A stretch of 64,000 nt of DNA from an uncultured Lachnospiraceae bacterium (GCA_910580005.1 CAJTXH010000001.1:11539-75538); one strand, 5' to 3'; shown: positions 39,159-49,821, numbered from the stretch's first letter. Notes: generated from the letters alone by a model not told the origin. Program-made: numbers and translations.

Positions 39159-39689
39159 GTGAAAAAAAGTAAAAAAAATATAATATTTATTTTATTATTT
39201 ATTACAATGGCTTTTGTATTTTTTGCTTTAATAAATATACAAGAAATAATAGACTATTCTAAAATAGAGGCAGCAGGAAGTAAAGTTTTAACACCTGTTA
39301 ATGTAAAACAGAAAACTAATAAAAGGTATAATAAAGGAAGGACAACTGAAACTACAACTAATTATGTACAGTTTGTTGTTGAGATTAACAATAGCAGGAA
39401 ATCTTTTTATATGAAAACATCCGATGCATATGGTGCAAATTCTCCATCAGTAGGGCTTGAAGCAGTTGCTTCTAAAAAGAAAATTAAGAGATACATATTT
39501 TATACAGATAAACACATTTATTACTCAAAAAATGCAGCTACAACAGGTGAATATATAAAAGAAAGCATAACAGATAAATTAATTGTATTTTGCTTTATAA
39601 TAGGTTTTATAGGCTTAGGATTTCTTTTTGTAAATATCTCAGATAAAATTATAGAAAAACGCAGGATGAAAACTATAGGATATAAATAA
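39159..39689 (+). CDS. Hypothetical membrane protein (two TM helices flanking a basic loop)
   Basis: Hydrophobic N- and C-terminal segments; GGGAG SD before GTG. Confidence 0.65.
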   Translation: MKKSKKNIIFILLFITMAFVFFALINIQEIIDYSKIEAAGSKVLTPVNVKQKTNKRYNKGRTTETTTNYVQFVVEINNSRKSFYMKTSDAYGANSPSVGLEAVASKKKIKRYIFYTDKHIYYSKNAATTGEYIKESITDKLIVFCFIIGFIGLGFLFVNISDKIIEKRRMKTIGYK

Positions 39690-39924
39690 AAAACAGCAGG
39701 ATAATTTCTCAAAATACAATTTCAAGTTATTATATGTTATAATAATATTATAGTATAACATTTTAACTATGCATAATAGGAAAGGAGAAACTAAGGGGTT
39801 CTTTAAAGAAATACCTTAATGCAATATTAGAAGGCGGTTTCCCATATGCAATAATTGTAAAATTACAAGATATAAAAGAAATTAAGCCTTCATAAGAAAA
39901 GAAAACTGATTTTAAGAGAAGTGG

Positions 39925-39960
39925 CAATATCCAAACGTTTATAAAAACGTTTGGATATTG
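39925..39960. terminator. Bidirectional terminator
   Basis: Perfect 16-bp inverted repeat CAATATCCAAACGTTT / AAACGTTTGGATATTG followed by TTTTT. Confidence 0.8.
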
Positions 39961-39973
39961 TTTTTGTAACACT

Positions 39974-40687
39974 TTACTGCAATTCCCTGTGGTGTTTTAG
40001 ACTTTTCACAAGTTTATGACGCTGGTTTAAATTCCTGTATGTCATATGATAGTGTGCAGGCAATGGTTTATATATGATAATATAATAAAATATATATAAT
40101 GCCACAGCACACACAAGGTCAATAAATGAGTGCTGTTTTAAAAATAATGTTGAAATACATATTAATATACATAATACAAGTGAACTGTTTTTAACCCATT
40201 TTTTATTTTTAAAATACTGGCTTGTAGCTATACCAACATGTATTGCAATAGAATTATATACATGTATGCTTGGACATACATTTGTATCTGTATCAGTGGC
40301 ATATAGTATTGATATTATATTAGTGAATATATTTTCACGCTCAAATGATTCTGGACGCATATTTTGTGCATTTGGAAAAAATGTATATATTATTAAACTG
40401 GTAGTCATTCCCATAACAAGTATTGCAGCACATCTGTAGAAATCATCTATATATTTTGTCTGGAAGAAAAGGAAAACCAGGCTTGCTGCCACATATATAA
40501 ACCATAAAAGGTATGGTATTATAAATATTTCACAAAACGGTATAAAATCATCTATAATACAGTGGACTTCACTAAATTTTACATCAGTGCGCTGTTCAAG
40601 CAATACAAACCATACCATATATATTGGAAGGTAAAGAATTATAATTGCATGTTTATACTTAAATAGAAATTGTTTTAATTTCTTCAT
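39974..40687 (-). CDS. PAP2-superfamily membrane phosphatase/phosphotransferase
   Basis: Multiple TMs; CPSIHV and LKQHSFID motifs. Confidence 0.8.
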   Translation of the reverse strand: MKKLKQFLFKYKHAIIILYLPIYMVWFVLLEQRTDVKFSEVHCIIDDFIPFCEIFIIPYLLWFIYVAASLVFLFFQTKYIDDFYRCAAILVMGMTTSLIIYTFFPNAQNMRPESFERENIFTNIISILYATDTDTNVCPSIHVYNSIAIHVGIATSQYFKNKKWVKNSSLVLCILICISTLFLKQHSFIDLVCAVALYIFYYIIIYKPLPAHYHMTYRNLNQRHKLVKSLKHHRELQ

Positions 40688-40712
40688 TAAAAATCCTCCA
40701 GTTAATTGTTAG

Positions 40713-41273
40713 TTACCATTTGCGTGAGTGTTTCCAGTCTATTTCATTCCGTATATATTTAAAAGTTTCATCTTCTCCCTTTTCAGCAAGCATATTTAGT
40801 AATTTTTCAATAAGTTTCCTGGTATCAGGATGCAGTACATAATGGTTCTGGTTTTTGGCATAGTATGCAAGCGGAAACGAGTCATCATAGGAATTTCGAT
40901 TATAATTTTTACTTGCTGCAACCCTGTCACAAAACATTTCTATAACATAACGTTGAGGCATTGGCATTCCTTGTAAACCGTCCTGTGGTTTTAAGGAATA
41001 ATCTATCCAGTATTCAAAATGGTGTCTGTTCCTTCCTTTGTGGTGCAGCCATGCTGATGAATATCCATAAACTTCTTTTTCGCCAAAGTTCGGGCTTCTT
41101 TTGCCACCCTGGTAATATTTTACGCCAGCAAGAAATTCAACAGGATGGTATTTTGACCAGTCATGCATAATACCTTGTTTATAAAGCCCTGCACGGAAGC
41201 AAAGCCTGCGTACAAGTTTTTTATGGTGTAATATAGTTGAAAGATGTCCAAAGAAATTATTCCATAAACTCAT
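40713..41273 (-). CDS. DUF5662-like HD-type protein
   Basis: HDWSKY, AWLHHKGRNRHHFEYW and EMFCDR motifs. Confidence 0.75.
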   Translation of the reverse strand: MSLWNNFFGHLSTILHHKKLVRRLCFRAGLYKQGIMHDWSKYHPVEFLAGVKYYQGGKRSPNFGEKEVYGYSSAWLHHKGRNRHHFEYWIDYSLKPQDGLQGMPMPQRYVIEMFCDRVAASKNYNRNSYDDSFPLAYYAKNQNHYVLHPDTRKLIEKLLNMLAEKGEDETFKYIRNEIDWKHSRKW

Positions 41274-41366
41274 AAAATCAATCCATTTCTATAATGCTAT
41301 TCATACAAGTGTACATATTATATTCCAATATAAAATGTAAGTCAATCAATGTTATACAAACTTAAT

Positions 41367-42383
41367 TTACTTTTCATTTTTATTACGCAACTGTCCTGGT
41401 GTAACACCTTTCCATTTTTTAAATGTACGTATAAGATGGCTACAGTCTGCAAACCCTGTTTCATTGCTTATACTTGTAAGGTCTAAATTTGTCATAAGAG
41501 CTAGGTCTTCTGCTTTATTAATCCTTGTAAATTCAATATATTCCTTGCATGACTGGTGGTATGTCTGTTTAAATAATTTGGCAAAATTTGAATAACTCAT
41601 TCCACACATTCCGGCAAGGCTGCTTATTTTTATAGGTTCATTATAGTGTTTCTCAATATATTCTGTAATTCCTGCAAATGTACTGGCTTTGTTGTCTGAC
41701 ATTCTTATTGCTTCGTCTATGTCAAGCCCACGTCCAATCCAGTTTCTTGCAAAATATGATAACAAAGCAGATATATGTGAGCATACTACTATATCATAGC
41801 CATAGTTCCTGCTTTCCATCTCTTTTATACATGTATTAAATATATTATATACAGGGATGTCTTTTAGCATTTCTGAAGAAAAATAAATATACTCAGGGTT
41901 TTTATTGTACGCAAGCTGGAATATTTTAAGAAACCTTGTTTTATAACATGTGTTTATATTTAGGAAGTTCATGTCAAATTTTATTATCTGGTATTTTATA
42001 TTATATTGTTCCATAGTTAGTTTTTCCTCTGGTACTGGCATTATTGAATTATGTTTTAAGTCATATTTAGGATGGAGCATCTGGTTCTCTTTTGATGTAG
42101 CAGATGCACTTTTTGATTTATCAAGACCTGGTGTTTTGCTAGTGTTGCCTTTAAGCTTGTTTATTGAATGTACAAGCTGTGGAAAGAATATTATTATATC
42201 ACCTGGGTGCAGTATATAGACATAATTGCCACATGTAGTTTCTACTTCACCTTCCAGTATATGTACAATTTCAAAAAAATAGTGCCAGTGAGGCAGTACA
42301 GGAAAATTATCGTTTGATGCTATATAGTCAAATGCTACTAATGGTGTATTAAGCCTGTCACTATATTCATAAAGATTTTTCAT
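41367..42383 (-). CDS. AraC-family transcriptional regulator (cupin + HTH)
   Basis: PHWHYFFEI cupin; SNFAKLFK and GFADCSHLIRTFKKWKGVTP HTH. Confidence 0.92.
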   Translation of the reverse strand: MKNLYEYSDRLNTPLVAFDYIASNDNFPVLPHWHYFFEIVHILEGEVETTCGNYVYILHPGDIIIFFPQLVHSINKLKGNTSKTPGLDKSKSASATSKENQMLHPKYDLKHNSIMPVPEEKLTMEQYNIKYQIIKFDMNFLNINTCYKTRFLKIFQLAYNKNPEYIYFSSEMLKDIPVYNIFNTCIKEMESRNYGYDIVVCSHISALLSYFARNWIGRGLDIDEAIRMSDNKASTFAGITEYIEKHYNEPIKISSLAGMCGMSYSNFAKLFKQTYHQSCKEYIEFTRINKAEDLALMTNLDLTSISNETGFADCSHLIRTFKKWKGVTPGQLRNKNEK

Positions 42384-42622
42384 TTTATCACCCTTTCAGA
42401 CAAATATCTGGTTTTTCTAGTACATAATTTTATTCAATATCGAGTATAAATTATTTTCTTCAAAAAGTACAGGGAATATAATGCTTTGCTACAATTTTGA
42501 CATATTTTGTTTCTTTAAAAAATAAGAGATTTATACAATTTTTTGATAAATTTATTATATTATAGCAATATAACTGGTGATATAATCTTACTTACTGTTA
42601 TTAAAAAGGGAGGTATAAACGC

Positions 42623-44383
42623 ATGACACCAATGAAATGGTTTGGTTCTTTTTTAAAGAAATACTGGATACGTATGGCAGCAGGGCTTTTGCTTGTAACT
42701 ATACTTGCAGCGGCAGCTTTAGCAGGGCCTTATGTGTCTAAACTTATTGTTGACGATGTTATTAATGGTGGACAGACGGAACTTCTTGGAAAACTTGTTG
42801 CATTTCTTATAGTGCTTGTAATTGTTAAGGGCATATGCAGGTTCTTTTCACAGGTGCTTTTTGAAACAAGCTCACAAAATGTTTTGTTTAATATGAGGGA
42901 AACGGTTTACCGCAAACTTTTACAGGAGGATTTTGCGTTTTATAATAAAAACCGTACAGGAGACCTTATGAGCCGCCAGACAGGTGATATGGACGCCATA
43001 CGCCATTTTGTTGCATATGTTATCTATACTGTTTATGAAAATGTGCTTTATTTTATATTTGCACTTGTAATGATATTTGCTACAAATGTTAAAATGGCAC
43101 TTTGTATGGTAATAGTGCTTCCACTTACGGCAATGACTACTTATTCACAGGCGAAAAGCGTAAAACCTGCATTTACAAACTGCCGTAATGCATTTTCAAG
43201 CCTTAATACATTTGTACAGGAAAATATAAGCGGTAACAGGGTTGTAAAAGCATTTGCAAAAGAAGATTTTGAGATGGAAAAATTTGCAGTTGAAAATGAC
43301 AGATACCGTGATGCTGAGCTTGGTGCTGCAGGCATATGGAAAAAATATGTGCCTGTATTTGAACTTTTTTCCAATGCACTTAATATTATCCTTATGATAG
43401 TTGGCGGAATAATGGTTGTGGAAGGTGAAATGACAATGGGAGACCTTGTTGCAGTAAATGGCTATCTCTGGATGCTTACTGTCCCACTGCGTATGGCTGG
43501 ATGGTGGATTAATGATATACAGAGATTTACTACATCTGTAGAAAAAATATATGCTACATATAGTGCAGAGCCTGATGTCCAGAAACCGCTTAATCCTGTT
43601 AAAAGAAAGAAACTTGAAGGGGATATTGTATTTAACAATGTGTCGTATAAGGCAGAGGATGAAGATATCCTCCATAATATAAGTTTTGAAGTCAAGAAAG
43701 GGCAGACTATAGGCATAACTGGTACTACAGGTGCCGGCAAGTCTACAATTATTAACCTTTTATGCCGTTTCTTTGATGTTACAGGTGGTGAAATACTTGT
43801 AGACGGGGTTAATGTAAAAGACCTGGATATGTACCAGCTCCGTGAAAATATAGGAATTGCAATGCAGGATGTGTTCCTTTTTTCAGATACTATTGAAGGA
43901 AATATTGCATATGGGAAACCAGACTGTAGTTTTGAAAAAGTCAAAGAGGTTGCCAAAATGGCAGATGCTAATATTTTCATTAAGAATATGCCAGATGGCT
44001 ATGATACTATGATTGGAGAGAGGGGCGTTGGTCTTTCTGGAGGACAGAAGCAGAGGATTTCACTTGCAAGGGCACTGCTTAAAGAGCCTTCAATACTTAT
44101 TCTGGATGATACAACTTCTGCAGTTGATATGGAAACAGAAAGTTATATACAGCGCCAGCTTGAAAATATAGACCATGCATGTACAACATTTATTATTGCA
44201 TACAGGATTTCTTCTATAAGAGATGCAGATAAAATTATTGTACTTGACAATGGAAGGATAGTTGAACAGGGGACACATGAAGAACTTTTAGCAAAAAATG
44301 GTTATTATTCAACAGTTTATTACCACCAGTACCCTATGGCGGCTGAATTAAAGAGAAGAAATGCCAGCCAGGGTGCTGTTTAG
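42623..44383 (+). CDS. Heterodimeric ABC exporter, subunit with degenerate Walker B and H-loop
   Basis: TMD + NBD; GTTGAGKS, LSGGQKQR, LDDTTSAVD (Asp for Glu) and IAYR (Tyr for His). Confidence 0.92.
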   Translation: MTPMKWFGSFLKKYWIRMAAGLLLVTILAAAALAGPYVSKLIVDDVINGGQTELLGKLVAFLIVLVIVKGICRFFSQVLFETSSQNVLFNMRETVYRKLLQEDFAFYNKNRTGDLMSRQTGDMDAIRHFVAYVIYTVYENVLYFIFALVMIFATNVKMALCMVIVLPLTAMTTYSQAKSVKPAFTNCRNAFSSLNTFVQENISGNRVVKAFAKEDFEMEKFAVENDRYRDAELGAAGIWKKYVPVFELFSNALNIILMIVGGIMVVEGEMTMGDLVAVNGYLWMLTVPLRMAGWWINDIQRFTTSVEKIYATYSAEPDVQKPLNPVKRKKLEGDIVFNNVSYKAEDEDILHNISFEVKKGQTIGITGTTGAGKSTIINLLCRFFDVTGGEILVDGVNVKDLDMYQLRENIGIAMQDVFLFSDTIEGNIAYGKPDCSFEKVKEVAKMADANIFIKNMPDGYDTMIGERGVGLSGGQKQRISLARALLKEPSILILDDTTSAVDMETESYIQRQLENIDHACTTFIIAYRISSIRDADKIIVLDNGRIVEQGTHEELLAKNGYYSTVYYHQYPMAAELKRRNASQGAV

Positions 44384-44400
44384 GACAGGAGGTGGCAGTT

Positions 44401-46182
44401 TTGGCAAGAAACCGTTATGATATAGACGAAATTTTAGAAGATAAATTTGACATAAACCAGCTTAAACGTCTTGCAGGATATATTAAACCTTATAAGAAAA
44501 GAATGGCTGTAGTGCTTTTCCTTATGCTTTCTTCATCTGCACTTGGAATGTTTCTGCCTAAATTTTTACAAATTGAAATGGACGTTTATATCCCTGCAAA
44601 GGATAAAGACGGAATTATATTTCTGTCTTTGCTTGCAGTAATTATTGTGGTATACTCAGTTGTAAGCACAAGAATAAAAATAAGTGTAACAACAAGGATA
44701 GGGCAGGATATTATACACCAGCTAAGGGAAGATATATTTAAACATTTACAGGAACTTCCTTTTAGTTATTATGATGACCGCCCACATGGCAAGATACAGG
44801 TACGTGTTGTAAATTATGTTAATAATTTAAGTGACCTTTTATCAAATGGAATATTAAATACAATAACTGATTTATGTAACCTGGTCTTTATACTGGTATT
44901 TATGTTTGCATTGAGCCCAAAACTTACATTAATATGTTTATGTGGGCTTCCAGTGCTTGCGGTTTATGTTATAATAATTAAACGTAAACAAAGACGTGCA
45001 TGGCAGATACAGAGCAATAAGCAGTCTAACCTTAACGCATATATTGCAGAAAGCATAAATGGCATACGTGTAACGCAGGCATTTGTGCGTGAACAGAGAA
45101 ATACTGATATATTTAATGATTTAAGCAACTTATACCGCAAGGCATGGCTGCGTGCTGTATATTTTAACTTTGCAATGGGGCCTATGGTAGACCTTATATC
45201 AACAATTACTACTGCTTTTATATATGTAGTGGGTGTTTATAGTATTATGGGTGGAAAAAACTCTGGAATTGAAATTGGTGTTATATTTGCGTTTACAGCT
45301 TATATAAGCAGGTTCTGGGCACCTATAAATACTATAGCCAGTTTTTATAACAGCGTACTTACAGCAGTATCATATCTTGAACGTATATTTGAAACAATTG
45401 ATGAGCCTGTACTGGTAAAGGATGAACCTGATGCAAAAGATATGCCTTCCATAAAGGGTGATGTTACATTTGAGGATGTCACATTTAGTTACGAAGAAGG
45501 GGAAGCTGTTTTAAAGAATATCAATTTCCATGTGGAACAGGGACAGTGTATTGCCATAGTAGGGCCTACAGGTGCTGGCAAGACTACAATAGTAAACCTT
45601 TTAAGCAGGTTTTATAATGTAGACAGTGGAAAGGTACTTGTGGATGGGACTGATATATCTAAAGTCCGCCTTAATTCACTACGCAGGCAGATGGGTGTAA
45701 TGATGCAGGACAGTTTTATATTTTCAGGTACTATTATGGATAATATACGTTATGGCAATAAAGACGCTACAGATGAAGAAGTAATTAAAGCAGCAAAAAC
45801 TGTATGTGCACATGATTTTATAATGGATATGGAAAATGGTTATAATACACAGGTAAATGAACGTGGCAGCAGGCTGTCAGCAGGGCAGCGCCAGCTTATC
45901 TCATTTGCAAGGGCATTACTTGCAGACCCTGCTATACTTATACTTGATGAGGCAACTTCAAGCATTGATACAGAAACAGAAATTGTTTTACAAGAAGGGC
46001 TTGAGAAGCTTCTTAAAGGAAGGACTTCATTTATTATTGCACACCGCCTTTCTACAATTAAAAATGCAGATAGTATAATGTATATAGATAAAGGCGGGAT
46101 TCAGGAGTCTGGAAGCCATCAGGAACTTCTGGATAAGAAAGGGCTGTATTATAACTTATATATGTCACAGTACCAGATGTAA
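44401..46182 (+). CDS. Heterodimeric ABC exporter, partner subunit
   Basis: TMD + NBD; GPTGAGKT, LSAGQRQ, LDEATS and IAHR; AGGAGGTG SD favours TTG 44401. Confidence 0.92.
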   Translation: MARNRYDIDEILEDKFDINQLKRLAGYIKPYKKRMAVVLFLMLSSSALGMFLPKFLQIEMDVYIPAKDKDGIIFLSLLAVIIVVYSVVSTRIKISVTTRIGQDIIHQLREDIFKHLQELPFSYYDDRPHGKIQVRVVNYVNNLSDLLSNGILNTITDLCNLVFILVFMFALSPKLTLICLCGLPVLAVYVIIIKRKQRRAWQIQSNKQSNLNAYIAESINGIRVTQAFVREQRNTDIFNDLSNLYRKAWLRAVYFNFAMGPMVDLISTITTAFIYVVGVYSIMGGKNSGIEIGVIFAFTAYISRFWAPINTIASFYNSVLTAVSYLERIFETIDEPVLVKDEPDAKDMPSIKGDVTFEDVTFSYEEGEAVLKNINFHVEQGQCIAIVGPTGAGKTTIVNLLSRFYNVDSGKVLVDGTDISKVRLNSLRRQMGVMMQDSFIFSGTIMDNIRYGNKDATDEEVIKAAKTVCAHDFIMDMENGYNTQVNERGSRLSAGQRQLISFARALLADPAILILDEATSSIDTETEIVLQEGLEKLLKGRTSFIIAHRLSTIKNADSIMYIDKGGIQESGSHQELLDKKGLYYNLYMSQYQM

Positions 46183-46196
46183 TTAATGGAGGGATT

Positions 46197-46901
46197 ATGT
46201 ATACATTTAAAAGCCGTGTAAGATATAGTGAAACAGATGAAACGGGCTGTTTAAGCCTTGATGCAATTATTAACTATTTCCAGGACTGTACTAATTTTGA
46301 ATCAGAAGACTTGGGGGCTGGCATAGAATTTTTAACTAAAAACCAGATAATGTGGGTTTTAAGTTCATGGCAGATAGTTGTAAGTTATTACCCTTTATTT
46401 GGTGAAAGGATAGAAGTTGGTACACAGTCATACGGCTATGATAAAATGGTTGGCTTCCGTAATTTCCTTATAACAGGAGAGGATGGAAGCACAATCGCCA
46501 AGGCAAATTCAAACTGGGTGCTTATGGATATGAAAAAGGGCGGGCCTGCTATAATAAAACCTGACATTGGTGAAATATATGGCAGGCATGAACCGCTTGA
46601 AATGGATTATGCACCTAAAAAAATCAAATTATCAGGGGATGGTATTACAGGTGAAAGTTTTATTGTTAAGGAGTACCATCTTGATACTAACCATCATGTA
46701 AACAATGGGCAATATGTAAGAATGGCAATATTTGCCCTTGGAATAAAAGAAAGGGCAAAGGAACTGCGTGTAGAATATAAAAGGCAGGCACTTCTTGGCA
46801 ATAAAATTATCCCTGTTGTATACAGGGATAAAAATATGGCATTTGTTTCACTTAATGGTGAAGATAACAAAGCCTATGCAGTAGTACAGTTTATTTTTTA
46901 A
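46197..46901 (+). CDS. Acyl-ACP thioesterase family protein
   Basis: RVRYSETD and LDTNHHVNNGQY motifs. Confidence 0.88.
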   Translation: MYTFKSRVRYSETDETGCLSLDAIINYFQDCTNFESEDLGAGIEFLTKNQIMWVLSSWQIVVSYYPLFGERIEVGTQSYGYDKMVGFRNFLITGEDGSTIAKANSNWVLMDMKKGGPAIIKPDIGEIYGRHEPLEMDYAPKKIKLSGDGITGESFIVKEYHLDTNHHVNNGQYVRMAIFALGIKERAKELRVEYKRQALLGNKIIPVVYRDKNMAFVSLNGEDNKAYAVVQFIF

Positions 46902-46932
46902 TTATTATTCTAAAGTGGCATGGGGAATTTAT

Positions 46933-47682
46933 ATGGTTTCAGTTATATTGTCTTTACTTGGATTTGCAAGTACATTATATTTCCTGGTTTATATATTATG
47001 GACAGGTAATAATAATTTATTTACTTATTTCTGGCTTTTACTTGGAATTTTATTGACTGGTGCAGCAATACTGCGCCATATTGTACAAAAACGCCAAATT
47101 ATAATTCCAAAGCCTTTAATGGCGGTTTTTTATACTGTTACCTTCACTGGATGTTTTATACTTGCTGTAACAGAATTTATAATTATTGCAAATGGTTTCC
47201 AAAAACCAGAGCCAGGTGCAGATTACATCATTGTGCTCGGCGCAAGAGTAAATGGCACTAAGGTTTCTAGAAACCTTAAATACCGCCTTGATGCTGCATT
47301 AGAATATATAAGGGATAACCCTGGCTGTAAAATTGTTGTAACAGGCGGACAGGGAAAAGGTGAGGATATAACAGAAGGGCAGGCAATGGAAGATTACCTT
47401 GTACAGAATGGTACAGACCCAGGTATAATTATTAAAGAGGAAAAATCAGAAAATACAGAAGAAAACCTTAAGTATAGCATGGATATTATTAAAGACAAAT
47501 CTGCAAAAATTGTGCTTGCAAGTAACAACTTCCATATTTACAGGGCAAAAAGGATTGCATTAAAACAAGGATATGAAAATATATCTGGAACAGGAGCAAG
47601 GACAGTTATATTTACAGTGCCAAACTGTTATTTACGTGAAGCATTTGCAGTTATAAAATACAAAATATATGGACAGATATAA
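46933..47682 (+). CDS. YdcF/ElyC (DUF218) family envelope protein
   Basis: IIVLGA, RLDAA, TGGQG, EEKSENTEEN, NNFHIYRA and YLRE motifs. Confidence 0.88.
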   Translation: MVSVILSLLGFASTLYFLVYILWTGNNNLFTYFWLLLGILLTGAAILRHIVQKRQIIIPKPLMAVFYTVTFTGCFILAVTEFIIIANGFQKPEPGADYIIVLGARVNGTKVSRNLKYRLDAALEYIRDNPGCKIVVTGGQGKGEDITEGQAMEDYLVQNGTDPGIIIKEEKSENTEENLKYSMDIIKDKSAKIVLASNNFHIYRAKRIALKQGYENISGTGARTVIFTVPNCYLREAFAVIKYKIYGQI

Positions 47683-47698
47683 GACTGGGAGCTTTTAA

Positions 47699-48427
47699 AT
47701 GAGTAATGTAAACAGTGTAAAAAATATAAAAGATATTAAAAAGGGATTCCATGATGGCATCCCAATTGCGCTTGGATATATTTCAGTAAGTTTTACATTT
47801 GGAATTATGGGTGTTGCATCTGGTTTATCCTGGTGGCAGACATTGTTAATTTCAATGACAAACCTCACATCGGCGGGCCAGTTTGCAGGGCTTGGGATTA
47901 TGGTAACAGCAGGAGGACTGGTTGAGATGGCAATGACGCAGTTTGTTATAAACCTGCGTTATGCACTTATGTCAATATCATTATCACAAAAGGCAGATAA
48001 AAGTTTTAATCTTGTATCAAGGCTTTTAGCAGGATTTGGAATTACAGATGAAATCTTTGCAGTGGCGGCAAGCAAAAACAGGACTATAAGTAAGTATTAT
48101 ATGGCAGGGTTAATTTCAATGCCATATATTGGATGGGCATCAGGTACGGCAGCAGGTGCACTTCTTGGTGAAGTTATACCAGCAGCTTTAAGCAGTGCAT
48201 TAGGAATAGCGATATATGGAATGTTTATGGCGATAATTATCCCACAGGCAAGGGATAACCATAAATGCCTTGTAGTAATAATTATTGCCACAGTTTTAAG
48301 CTGTTGTTTTAAATATATCCCATTACTGTGTAATGTATCTTCAGGGTTTGTAATAATTATATGTGCAGTTTTAGCATCTGTTGCTGGTGCAATATTATAT
48401 CCTGTAGAAGAAACGGGGGAAGAATAA
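47699..48427 (+). CDS. azlC: AzlC-family branched-chain amino acid export permease
   Basis: GIPIALGY, SAGQF, INLRY.LMS and ITDEIFA motifs. Confidence 0.9.
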   Translation: MSNVNSVKNIKDIKKGFHDGIPIALGYISVSFTFGIMGVASGLSWWQTLLISMTNLTSAGQFAGLGIMVTAGGLVEMAMTQFVINLRYALMSISLSQKADKSFNLVSRLLAGFGITDEIFAVAASKNRTISKYYMAGLISMPYIGWASGTAAGALLGEVIPAALSSALGIAIYGMFMAIIIPQARDNHKCLVVIIIATVLSCCFKYIPLLCNVSSGFVIIICAVLASVAGAILYPVEETGEE

Positions 48428-48744
48428 TGCTAGCAGAAAAATTTTTTATTTACCTTGCAGTAATGGCAGGTGTTACATATCTTATAAGGGCTTTACCATT
48501 TGCATTGTGCCAGAATAAGGTCAAAAACCAATTTATCAAGTCATTTCTTTATTATGTACCATATGCTGTACTTGCTGCAATGACATTCCCGGCTGTAATC
48601 TATTCTACAGATGGTATTATACCAGGCATTGCTGGGACAGCTACAGGGCTTTTATTTGCATATAACAGAAAAAGCCTGCTTATGGTTGCATTAGTATCAT
48701 GTGCCACTGCATTTGCAGCAGAAATGTTATGTAAGCTGTTATAA
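48427..48744 (+). CDS. azlD: AzlD-family small subunit
   Basis: TAATG overlap with azlC; VTYLIRALP...FLYYVPYAVLAAM. Confidence 0.88.
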   Translation: MLAEKFFIYLAVMAGVTYLIRALPFALCQNKVKNQFIKSFLYYVPYAVLAAMTFPAVIYSTDGIIPGIAGTATGLLFAYNRKSLLMVALVSCATAFAAEMLCKLL

Positions 48745-48800
48745 AAACATTTCTGTTGTGTTTTCTTCTGAAATGGCTGCTTTTCAAGCAATTGGATATT

Positions 48801-49532
48801 TTAGTAATATTCTGAAAAAAATGATAAGTATTCTTTTTTAACAACAGTAGCACGTTTCTGGCTTACTGGTATATTTTTGCCACTTTCCATTATAACATAG
48901 TTTTTAGACAGTTTTTTTATATATTTTAAATTAATAAGAAAAGATTTATGGACTTGTATAAACTGGGGTTCTTCTATAAGTTCAGAAATTTCTTCTTCAA
49001 AAGATTTTCTTATAAATATACTTTTGATAATTCTGCCATTTGTTAAATGTGCTTCTAACATCCTGGAAGAATTTTCAATATATTCTATCTGTGAATAATG
49101 GACTGGAACAAGACCATCTTTAGTCTTTATAAGATATGATGCTTCTTTTTCAGCGTTTTTGTAAGACAGGGCATAATTGAGCGCTTCAAATATCCTGTTT
49201 TCATTTAATGGTTTTAAAATATACCTTATTGCATGTAAATCATAAGCTTCAAGTGCATAATCACTTGAATATGTAGTATATATAATTATATTATCACTGT
49301 TGTTTCTGCGTATCTGGCTGCCAATGTCAATTCCATCTTTTCCAGCCATGATTATATCTAAAAAATATATATCTGCCAGTTCATTTTTCTGGATATTATT
49401 ATATAATTGGGGAGCATTAGAAAACTTTTCTATTTCAAAGTCAATATTTGGATAAAATTTTTTATATTTTAATAAGATTTTTTCTATTTTTAGCAAATCC
49501 TCAATGCTGTCATCACAAATTACTATTTTCAT
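48801..49532 (-). CDS. LytTR-family response regulator
   Basis: ICDD, FLDI (phospho-acceptor Asp), YILKP and FIQVHKSFLINL motifs. Confidence 0.92.
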   Translation of the reverse strand: MKIVICDDSIEDLLKIEKILLKYKKFYPNIDFEIEKFSNAPQLYNNIQKNELADIYFLDIIMAGKDGIDIGSQIRRNNSDNIIIYTTYSSDYALEAYDLHAIRYILKPLNENRIFEALNYALSYKNAEKEASYLIKTKDGLVPVHYSQIEYIENSSRMLEAHLTNGRIIKSIFIRKSFEEEISELIEEPQFIQVHKSFLINLKYIKKLSKNYVIMESGKNIPVSQKRATVVKKEYLSFFSEYY

Positions 49533-49583
49533 ATACGTTTCCCCAGAAGTTACTATTTATTTTATGCGTTTGTATTATATAAA

Positions 49584-49612
49584 ATTCTAACATAAAACAT
49601 TATAAAATGCAA
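49584..49612 (-). promoter_or_regulatory. Sigma-A promoter of the LytTR regulator
   Basis: TTGCAT-17bp-TAGAAT with TG extension on the minus strand. Confidence 0.55.
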
Positions 49613-49821
49613 ACATAACTAAGGGATGTGTATTGGTAGTTTTTATACAGGCAGGCATAAAACCAAGGGTCAGAGTTTTATGCCTGTTTAGGGTCTGGTA
49701 TCCACAACAAATATATATTTGCTGTGGGCGCTTAACTACTTCAAATCCAGAAGTAAAGCCAGCTTCTTTATTATACGCTGTATTTTAGTAATATTTTAAT
49801 CTATTTTTTCACAAAGAAACT

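Noticed and set aside
42623..46182. Degenerate ABC motifs as evidence of pseudogenisation
   Set aside because: One degenerate and one consensus ATP site is the normal design of heterodimeric exporters of the TM287/288 type.
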